DNA of 64,000 nucleotides from the human T2T-CHM13v2.0 reference genome, Homo sapiens. A model generated the notes under the pieces. The model had not been told where the DNA came from and did no database searches. It saw nothing but the letters and a program-made list of their open reading frames with translations. This document shows positions 54,001 through 64,000 of this stretch, piece by piece (within the stretch, counting starts at the first letter, position 1; the number at the start of each line of letters is the position of its first letter). The DNA is taken from assembly GCF_009914755.1 (NCBI RefSeq), contig NC_060947.1; one strand, given 5' to 3'. Position numbers and translations under genes: made by a program.

Positions 54001-57000
54001 ATCCCAAAGAAGTTTCTGAGAATGCTTCCGTTTAGCTTTTAGGTGAAGATTATCCCGTTTCCAACGAAACCTTCAAAGAGGTCCAAATATCCCCTTGCGG
54101 ATCCCACAGAAAGAGTGTTTCGAAACTGCTGTTTCAAAAGGAATCTTCAACTCTGTGAGTTGAAAGCAATCATCACAAAGAAGTTTCTGACAATGCTTCT
54201 CTCTCGTCTTTCTGCGAAGATAAAGGAAAAGGCTTTCAGGCCTTTTCCACCACAGGCCTGAAAGCGCTCCAAATGTCCACTTGCAGATTCTGCCAAAAGA
54301 ATATTTCAAAACTGCTCTATGAAAAGCAATGTTAAACTCTGTGGCTCGAACACAAACATCACAAAGCAGTTTCTGAGAATGCTTCAGTTTAGTTTTTCTG
54401 TGGAAATATTCCCGTTTCCAAAGAAATCTTCAAAGAGGTCCACGCATCCACTTACAGATTCTACAAAAAGACAGTTTCAAAACTGCTCAATCAAAAGGAG
54501 GGTTCAACTGTGTGACTTGAATGCAATCATCACTCAGAAGTTTCTGAGAACGCTTCTCTTTAGTTTTTACGTGAACGTATACCCGTTTCGAACGAAGGCC
54601 AGCCAGTGGTCCAAATATCCACTTGCAGATTCTACAGAAAGAGTGTTTCGAACCTGAACTCTCAAAGGCAGTTTCATCTCTGCGAGTTCAATGCATTCAT
54701 CATGAAGAACTTTCTCAGCGTGTTTGTGTTTAGTTATGGGAAATTATTCCCGTTTCCAACGAAATCCTCAGAGAGCTCCAAACATCCACCTGCAGATTCT
54801 ACCAAAAGTGTATTTGGAAACTGCTCCATCAAAAGGCATGTTCAGCTCTGTGAGTGAAACTCCATCATCACAAAGAATATTCTGAGAATGCTTCCGTTTC
54901 CCTTTTATATGAAGTTCCTTCCTATACTACCGTAGGCCTCAAAGCAGTCCAAATCTCCATTTGCAGATTCTACAAAAAGAGTGATTCCAATCTGCTCTAT
55001 CAATAGGACTGTTCAACTCCATGAGTTGAATGCCATCCTCACAAAGTCGTTTCTGAGAATGCTTCTATCTAGTTTTTATGTGAAGATATTCCCTTTTCCA
55101 CCACAGGCCTCAAAGCCCTCCAAACGTCCACTTGCAGATTCTCGAAAAAGAGTGTTTCATAGCTGCTCTTTCAAAAGGAAAGTTCAACTCTGGGAGTTGA
55201 ATACAAACATCACAAAGTAGTTTCCGAGAATGCTTCTGTTTAGTTCTTATGTGAAGATGATCCCGTTTCCAGTGAAATCTTCAAAGAGGTCCACATATCC
55301 CCTTGCAGATTCCAAAGAAAGAGGGTTTCAAAACTGCTCCATCAAAAGGATTGTTCAACTCTGTGAGTTGAATGCAGTCATTGCAGAAAACTTTCTGAGA
55401 ATGCTTCTGTCTAGGTTTGATGTGAAGATATAGACGTTTCAAACGAAGGCTACAAAGTGGTCAAAATATACACTTGCAGATTCTACTACAAGGGTGTTGC
55501 AAACCTGAACTATCAAAGGAAGGTTCAACTCTGTGAGTTGAATACAAACATCACAAAGAATGTTCTGAGTTTGCTTCCGTTCAGTTATGGGAAGTTGATC
55601 CCGTTTCCAACGAAATCCTCAGAGAGGTCCAAATATCCCCTTGCAGATTCTACAAAACGTGTGTTTGGAAACTGCTCCATCATAACGAATGTTCAGCTCT
55701 CTGAGTTAAACTCCATCGTCACAAAGAATTTTCTGAGAGTGCTACCGTCTAGTTTTTATATGAAGTTCTTTCCTTTACTACCACAGGCCTCAAAGCGGTC
55801 CAAATCTCCACTTGCAGATTCTACAAAAAGAGTGTTTGCAAACTGCTCTATCAAAAGGAATGTTCAACTCTGGGAGTTGCATGCAATCATCACAGAGCAG
55901 TTTCTGAGAATGCTTCTATGTCGTTTTTAGGAGAAGATATTTCCTTTTCCAACACAGTGCTCCAAGCCCGCTAAATATCCACTTGCACATTGTAGAAAAA
56001 GTGTGTCGAAGCTGCGCTATCAAAGGGAAAGTTCAACTCTGTGAGGTGAATGCAAACATCCCAAAGAAGTTTCTGTGAATGCTTCCGTTTAGCTTTTAGG
56101 TGAAGATTATCCCGTTTCCAACGAAACCTTCAAAGAGGTCCAAATATCCCCTTGCGGATCCCACAGAAAGAGTGTTTCGAAACTGCTGTTTCAAAAGGAA
56201 TCTTCAACTCTGTGAGTTGAAAGCAATCATCACAAAGAAGTTTCTGACAATGCTTCTCTCTCGTCTTTCTGCGAAGATAAAGGAAAAGGCTTTCAGGCCT
56301 TTTCCACCACAGGCCTGAAAGCGCTCCAAATGTCCACTTGCAGATTCTGCCAAAAGAATATTTCAAAACTGCTCTATGAAAAGCAATGTTAAACTCTGTG
56401 GCTCGAACACAAACATCACAAAGCAGTTTCTGAGAATGCTTCAGTTTAGTTTTTCTGTGGAAATATTCCCGTTTCCAAAGAAATCTTCAAAGAGGTCCAC
56501 GCATCCACTTACAGATTCTACAAAAAGACAGTTTCAAAACTGCTCAATCAAAAGGAGGGTTCAACTGTGTGACTTGAATGCAATCATCACTCAGAAGTTT
56601 CTGAGAACGCTTCTCTTTAGTTTTTACGTGAACGTATACCCGTTTCGAACGAAGGCCAGCCAGTGGTCCAAATATCCACTTACAGATTCTACAGAAAGAG
56701 TGTTTCGAACCTGAACTCTCAAAGGCAGGTTCATCTCTGCGAGTTAAATGCATTCATCATGAAGAACTTTCTCAGCGTGTTTGTGTTTAGTTATGGGAAA
56801 TTATTCCCGTTTCCAACGAAATCCTCAGAGAGCTCCAAATATCCACCTGCAGATTCTACCAAAAGTGTATTTGGAAACTGCTCCATCAAAAGGCATGTTC
56901 AGCTCTGTGAGTGAAACTCCATCATCACAAAGAATATTCTGAGAATGCTTCCGTTCGCCTTTTATATGAAGTTCCTTCCTATACTACCGTAGGCCTCAAA

Positions 57001-60000
57001 GCAGTCCAAATCTCCATTTGCAGATTCTACAAAAAGAGTGATTCCAATCTGCTCTATCAATAGGACTGTTCAACTCCATGAGTTGAATGCCATCCTCACA
57101 AAGTAGTTTCTGAGAATGCTTCTATCTAGTTTTTATGTGAAGATATTTCCTTTTCCACCACAGGCCTCAAAGCCCTCCAAACGTCCACTTGCAGATTCTC
57201 GAAAAAGAGTGTTTCATAGCTGCTCTTTCAAAAGGAAAGTTCAACTCTGGGAGTTGAATACAAACATCACAAAGTAGTTTCCGAGAATGCTTCTGTTTAG
57301 TTCTTATGTGAAGATGATCCCGTTTCCAGTGAAATCTTCAAAGAGGTCCACATATCCCCTTGCAGATTCCAAAGAAAGAGGGTTTCAAAACTGCTCCATC
57401 AAAAGGATTGTTCAACTCTGTGAGTTGAATGCAGTCATCGCAGAAAACTTTCTGAGAATGCTTCTGTCTCGGTTTGATGTGAAGATATAGACGTTTCAAA
57501 CGAAGGCTACAAAGTGGTCAAAATATACACTTGCAGATTCTACTACAAGGGTGTTGCAAACCTGAACTATCAAAGGAAGGTTCAACTCTGTGAGTTGAAT
57601 ACAAACATCACAAAGAATGTTCTGAGTTTGCTTCCGTTCAGTTATGGGAAGTTGATCCCGTTTCCAACGAAATCCTCAGAGAGGTCCAAATATCCCCTTG
57701 CAGATTCTACAAAACGTGTGTTTGGAAACTGCTCCATCATAACGAATGTTCAGCTCTCTGAGTTAAACTCCATCGTCACAAAGAATTTTCTGAGAGTGCT
57801 ACCGTCTAGTTTTTATATGAAGTTCTTTCCTTTACTACCACAGGCCTCAAAGCGGTCCAAATCTCCACTTGCAGATTCTACAAAAAGAGTGTTTGCAAAC
57901 TGCTCTATCAAAAGGAATGTTCAACTCTGGGAGTTGAATGCAATCATCACAGAGCAGTTTCTGAGAATGCTTCTATGTCGTTTTTAGGAGAAGATATTTC
58001 CTTTTCCAACACAGTCCTCCAAGCCCGCTAAATATCCACTTGCACATTGTAGAAAAAGTGTGTCGAAGCTGCGCTATCAAAGGGAAAGTTCAACTCTGTG
58101 AGGTGAATGCAAACATCCCAAAGAAGTTTCTGAGAATGCTTCCGTTTAGCTTTTAGGTGAAGATTATCCCGTTTGCAACGAAATCTTCAAAGAGGTCCAA
58201 ATATCCCCTTGCGGATCCCACAGAAAGAGTGTTTCGAAACTGCTGTTTCAAAAGGAATCTTCAACTCTGTGAGTTGAATGCAATCATCACAAAGAAGTTT
58301 CTGACAATGCTTCTCTCTCGTCTTTCTGTGAAGATAAAGGAAAAGGCTTTCAGGCCTTTTCCACCACAGGCCTGAAAGCGCTCCAAATGTCCACTTGCAG
58401 ATTCTGCCAAAAGAATATTTCAAAACTGCTCTATGAAAAGCAATGTTAAACTCTGTGGCTCGAACACAAACATCACAAAGCAGTTTCTGAGAATGCTTCA
58501 GTTTAGTTTTTCTGTGGAAATATTCCCGTTTCCAAAGAAATCTTCAAAGAGGTCCACGCATCCACTTACAGATTCTACAAAAAGACAGTTTCAAAACTGC
58601 TCAATCAAAAGGAGGGTTCAACTGTGTGACTTGAATGCAATCATCACTCAGAAGTTTCTGAGAACGCTTCTCTTTAGTTTTTACGTGAACATATACCCGT
58701 TTCGAACGAAGGCCAGCCAGTGGTCCAAATATCCACTTGCAGATTCTACAGAAAGAGTGTTTCGAACCTGAACTCTCAAAGGCAGGTTCATCTCTGCGAG
58801 TTCAATGCATTCATCATGAAGAACGTTCTCAGCGTGTTTGTGTTTAGTTATGGGAAATTATTCCCTTTTCCAACGAAATCCTCAGAGAGCTCCAAATATC
58901 CACCTGCAGATTCTACCAAAAGTGTATTTGGAAACTGCTCCATCAAAAGGCATGTTCAGCTCTGTGAGTGAAACTCCATCATCACAAAGAATATTCTGAG
59001 AATGCTTCCGTTTGCCTTTTATATGAAGTTCCTTCCTATACTACCGTAGGCCTCAAAGCAGTCCAAATCTCCATTTGCAGATTCTACAAAAAGAGTGATT
59101 CCAATCTGCTCTATCAATAGGATTGTTCAACTCCATGAGTTGAATGCCATCCTCACAAAGTCGTTTCTGAGAATGCTTCTATCTAGTTTTTATGTGAAGA
59201 TATTTCCTTTTCCACCACAGGCCTCAAAGCCCTCCAAACGTCCACTTGCAGATTCTCGAAAAAGAGTGTTTCATAGCTGCTCTTTCAAAAGGAAAGTTCA
59301 ACTCTGGGAGTTGAATACAAACATCACAAAGTAGTTTCCGAGAATGCTTCTGTTTATTTCTTATGTGAAGATGATCCCGTTTCCAGTGAAATCTTGAAAG
59401 AGGTCCACATATCCCCTTGCAGATTCCAAAGAAAGAGGGTTTCAAAACTGCTCCATCAAAAGGATTGTTCAACTCTGTGAGTTGAATGCAGTCATCGCAG
59501 AAAACTTTCTGAGAATGCTTCTGTCTAGGTTTGATGTGAAGATATAGACGTTTCAAACGAAGGCTACAAAGTGGTCAAAATATACACTTGCAGATTCTAC
59601 TACAAGGGTGATGCAAACCTGAACTATCAAAGGAAGGTTCAACTCTGTGAGTTGAATACAAACATCACAAAGAATGTTCTGAGTTTGCTTCCGTTCAGTT
59701 ATGGGAAGTTGATCCCGTTTCCAACGAAATCCTCAGAGAGGTCCAAATATCCCCTTGCAGATTCTACAAAACGTGTGTTTGGAAACTGCTCCATCATAAC
59801 GAATGTTCAGCTCTCTGAGTTAAACTCCATCGTCACAAAGAATTTTCTGAGAGTGCTACCATCTAGTTTTTATATGAAGTTCTTTCCTTTACTACCACAG
59901 GCCTCAAAGCGGTCCAAATCTCCACTTGCAGATTCTACAAAAAGAGTATTTGCAAACTGCTCTATCAAAAGGAATGTTCAACTCTGGGAGTTGAATGCAA

Positions 60001-63000
60001 TCATCACAGAGCAGTTTCTGAGAATGCTTGTATGTCGTTTTTAGGAGAAGATATTTCCTTTTCCAACACAGTCCTCCAAGCCCGCTAAATATCCACTTGC
60101 ACATTGTAGAAAAAGTGTGTCGAAGCTGCGCTATCAAAGGGAAAGTTCAACTCTGTGAGGTGAATGCAAACATCCCAAAGAAGTTTCTGAGAATGCTTCC
60201 GTTTAGCTTTTAGGTGAAGATTATCCCGTTTCCAACGAAATCTTCAAAGAGTTCCAAATATCCCCTTGCGGATCCCACAGAAAGAGTGTTTCGAAACTGC
60301 TGTTTCAAAAGGAATCTTCAACTCTGTGAGTTGAATGCAATCATCACAAAGAAGTTTCTGACAATGCTTCTCTCTCGTCTTTCTGTGAAGATAAAGGAAA
60401 AGGCTTTCAGGCCTTTTCCACCACAGGCCTGAAAGCGCTCCAAATGTCCACTTGCAGATTCTGCCAAAAGAATATTTCAAAACTGCTCTATGAAAAGCAA
60501 TGTTAAACTCTGCGGCTCGAACACAAACATCACAAAGCAGTTTCTGAGAATGCTTCAGTTTAGTTTTTCTGTGGAAATATTCCCGTTTCCAAAGAAATCT
60601 TCAAAGAGGTCCACGTATCCACTTACAGATTCTACAAAAAGACAGTTTCAAAACTGGTCAATCAAAAGGAGGGTTCAACTGTGTGACTTGAATGCAATCA
60701 TCACTCAGAAGTTTCTGAGAACGCTTCTCTTTAGTTTTTACGTGAACATATACCCGTTTCGAACGAAGGCCAGCCAGTGGTCCAAATATCCACTTGCAGA
60801 TTCTACAGAAAGAGTGTTTCGAATCTGAACTCTCAAAGGCAGGTTCATCTCTGCGAGTTAAATGCATTCATCATGAAGAACTTTCTCAGCGTGTTTGTGT
60901 TTAGTTATGGGAAATTATTCCCGTTTCCAACGAAATCCTCAGAGAGCTCCAAATATCCACCTGCAGATTCTACCAAAAGTGTATTTGGAAAGTGCTCCAT
61001 CAAAAGGCATGTTCAGCTCTGTGAGTGAAACTCCATCATCACACAAAATATTCTGAGAATGCTTCCGTTTGCCTTTTATATGAAGTTCCTTCCTATACTA
61101 CCGTAGGCCTCAAAGCAGTCCAAATCTCCATTTGCAGATTCTACAAAAAGAGTGATTCCAATCTCCTCTATCAATAGGACTGTACAACTCCATGAGTTGA
61201 ATGCCATCCTCACAAAGTCGTTTCTGAGAATGCTTCTATCTAGTTTTTATGTGAAGATATTTCCTTTTCCACCACAGGCCTCAAAGCCCTCCAAACGTCC
61301 ACTTGCAGATTCTCGAAAAAGAGTGTTTCATAGCTGCTCTTTCAAAAGGAAAGTTCAACTCTGGGAGCTGAATACAAACATCACAAAGTAGTTTCCGAGA
61401 ATGCTTCTGTTTAGTTCTTATGTGAAGATGATCCCGTTTCCAGTGAAATCTTCAAAGAGGTCCACATATCCCCTTGCAGATTCCAAAGAAAGAGGGTTTC
61501 AAAACTGCTCCATCAAAAGGATTGTTCAACTCTGTGAGTTGAATGCAGTCATCGCAGAAAACTTTCTGAGAATGCTTCTGTCCAAGTTTGATGTGAAGAT
61601 ATAGACCTTTCAAACGAAGGCTACAAAGTGGTCAAAATATACACTTGCAGATTCTACTACAAGGGTGTTGCAAACCTGAACTATCAAAGGAAGGTTCATC
61701 TCTGTGAGTTGAATAGAAACATCACAAAGAATGTTCTGAGTTTGCTTCCGTTCAGTTATGGGAAGTTGATCCCGTTTCCAACGAAATCCTCAGAGAGGTC
61801 CAAATATCCCCTTGCAGATTCTACAAAACGTGTGTTTGGAAACTGCTCCATCATAACGAATGTTCAGCTCTCTGAGTTAAACTCCATCGTCACAAAGAAT
61901 TTTCTGAGAGTGCTACCGTCTAGTTTTTATATGAAGTTCTTTCCTTTACTACCACAGGCCTCAAAGCGGTCCAAATCTCCACTTGCAGATTCTACAAAAA
62001 GAGTGTTTGCAAACTGCTCTATCAAAAGGAATGTTCAACTCTGGGAGTTGAATGCAATCATCACAGAGCAGTTTCTGAGAATGCTTCTATGTCGTTTTTA
62101 GGAGAAGATATTTCCTTTTCCAACACAGTCCTCCATGCCCGCTAAATATCCACTTGCACATTGTAGAAAAAGAGTGTCGAAGCTGCGCTATCAAAGGGAA
62201 AGTTCAACTCTGTGAGGTGAATGCAAACATCCCAAAGAAGTTTCTGAGAATGCTTCCGTTTAGCTTTTAGGTGAAGATTATCCCGTTTCCAACGAAATCT
62301 TCAAAGAGGTCCAAATATCCCCTTGCGGATCCCACAGAAAGAGTGTTTCGAAACTGCTGTTTCAAAAGGAATCTTCAACTCTGTGAGTTGAATGAAATCA
62401 TCACAAAGAAGTTTCTGACAATGCTTCTCTCTCGTCTTTCTGTGAAGATAAAGGAAAAGGCTTTCAGGCCTTTTCCACCACAGGCCTGAAAGCGCTCCAA
62501 ATGTCCACTTGCAGATTCTGCCAAAAGAATATTTCAAAACTGCTCTATGAAAAGCAATGTTAAACTCTGTGGCTCGAACACAAACATCACAAAGCAGTTT
62601 CTGAGAATGCTTCAGTTTAGTTTTTCTGTGGAAATATTCCCGTTTCCAAAGAAATCTTCAAAGAGGTCCACGCATCCACTTACAGATTCTACAAAAAGAC
62701 AGTTTCAAAACTGCTCAATCAAAAGGAGGGTTCAACTGTGTGACTTGAATGCAATCATCACTCAGAAGTTTCTGAGAATGCTTCTCTTTAGTTTTTACGT
62801 GAACATATACCCGTTTCGAACGAAGGCCAGCCAGTGGTCCAAATATCCACTTGCAGATTCTACAGAAAGAGTGTTTCGAACCTGAACTCTCAAAGGCAGG
62901 TTCATCTCTGCGAGTTAAATGCATTCATCATGAAGAACTTTCTCAGCGTGTTTGTGTTTAGTTATGGGAAATTATTCCCGTTTCCAACGAAATCCTCAGA

Positions 63001-64000
63001 GAGGTCCAAATATCCACCTGCAGATTCTACCAAAAGTGTATTTGGAAACTGCTCCATCAAAAGGCATGTTCAGCTCTGTGAGTGAAACTCCATCATCACA
63101 AAGAATATTCTGAGAATGCTTCCGTTTGCCTTTTATATGAAGTTCCTTCCTATACTACCGTAGGCCTCAAAGCAGTCCAAATCTCCATTTGCAGATTCTA
63201 CAAAAAGAGTGATTCCAATCTGCTCTATCAATAGGATTGTTCAACTCCATGAGTTGAATGCCATCCTCACAACGTCGTTTCTGAGAATGCTTCTATCTAG
63301 TTTTTATGTGAAGATATTTCCTTTTCCACCACAGGCCTCAAAGCCCTCCAAACGTCCACTTGCAGATTCTCGAAAAAGAGTGTTTCATAGCTGCTCTTTC
63401 AAAAGGAAAGTTCAACTCTGGGAGGTGAATACAAACATCACAAAGTAGTTTCCGAGAATGCTTCTGTTTAGTTCTTATGTGAAGATGATCCCGTTTCCAG
63501 TGAAATCTTCAAAGAGGTCCACATATCCCCTTGCAGATTCCAAAGAAAGAGGGTTTCAAAACTGCTCCATCAAAAGGATTGTTCAACTCTGTGAGTTGAA
63601 TGCAGTCATCGCAGAAAACTTTCTGAGAATGCTTCTGTCTAGGTTTGATGTGAAGATATAGACGTTTCAAACGAAGGCTACAAAGTGGTCAAAATATACA
63701 CTTGCAGATTCTACTACAAGGGTGATGCAAACCTGAACTATCAAAGGAAGGTTCAACTCTGTGAGTTGAATACAAACATCACAAAGAATGTTCTGAGTTT
63801 GCTTCCGTTCAGTTATGGGAAGTTGATCCCGTTTCCAACGAAATCCTCAGAGAGGTCCAAATATCCCCTTGCAGATTCTACAAAACGTGTGTTTGGAAAC
63901 TGCTCCATCATAACGAATGTTCAGCTCTCTGAGTTAAACTCCATCGTCACAAAGAATTTTCTGAGAGTGCTACCGTCTAGTTTTTATATGAAGTTCTTTC

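Larger units (their letters stand above)
1..64000 (-). repeat. DXZ1: Alpha-satellite higher-order repeat array, 12-mer of 2,056/2,057 bp; human chrX centromeric DXZ1-type (SF3)
   Basis: Alphoid motifs (gttcaactctgtgagttgaatgca, tttctgagaatgcttct, ccacttgcagattctaca) recur every ~171 bp. Near-identical sequence recurs every 2,056/2,057 bp (equivalent positions 51, 2107, 4163, 6219 ... 61401, 63458). There is one GGATCC per unit. A 12-mer ~2.06 kb BamHI HOR with pentamer substructure is the established description of DXZ1. Strand is given relative to the CENP-B box YTTCGTTGGAARCGGGA. Confidence 0.96.
28436..64000 (-). repeat. HOR haplotype domain B (mostly 2,057-bp units), interrupted by an A-type island at ~31.7-33.5 kb
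   Basis: Linked markers: gcttttaggtgaag, caggccTtttcc, gaatgcaAtcatcact, gtgtttCgaacc, ctccatCaaaagg, aactccAtc, ctatCtag, gtgagTtgaatAc, aaacctGaac. Confidence 0.85.

Noticed and set aside
51-63661. About 230 short ORFs (61-157 aa) in the six-frame track, including a recurrent 157-aa ORF
   Set aside because: They are translations of alphoid monomers recurring at the HOR period, and many start at GTG or TTG. They are opened and closed by random SNVs and indels (stop at 17141, frameshifts at ~35190) and show no recognisable domain or gene structure.
1-64000. CRISPR-like repeat/spacer interpretation of the regularly spaced conserved motifs
   Set aside because: The intervening sequences are homologous monomer parts that repeat every 12 monomers, not unique spacers. 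There are no cas-like genes, and the sequence is primate satellite.
1-64000. Transposon (L1/Alu) insertion or inversion within the array
   Set aside because: HOR phase is continuous throughout (2,055-2,057 bp, once 1,716 bp) and all CENP-B boxes keep one orientation. I saw no poly-A tail, target-site duplication or non-alphoid sequence.

Overview
The whole 64 kb window is one uninterrupted, single-orientation array of primate alpha-satellite DNA. It is built from ~171-bp monomers organised as a 12-monomer higher-order repeat (HOR) of 2,056/2,057 bp with one BamHI site per unit. This matches the human X-chromosome centromeric array DXZ1 (suprachromosomal family 3). There are 31 complete HOR units plus partial ends; 30 are 12-mers and one is a 10-mer made by a 341-bp deletion near 28.8 kb. 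CENP-B boxes read on the minus strand, normally 4 intact and 3 degenerate per unit. I see no genes, RNA genes, transposon insertions, inversions or CRISPR arrays, and every ORF in the track is a translation of satellite sequence recurring at the HOR period. I did not find a new gene-encoded system. The informative structure lies in variants between copies: two HOR haplotype domains with embedded islands, a recent 3-HOR (6.17 kb) tandem duplication, an older 3-HOR periodicity, and a patch depleted of CENP-B boxes. One monomer also carries an inverted, apparently templated insertion that creates two competing hairpins. All variant calls were made by eye and need confirmation by alignment.
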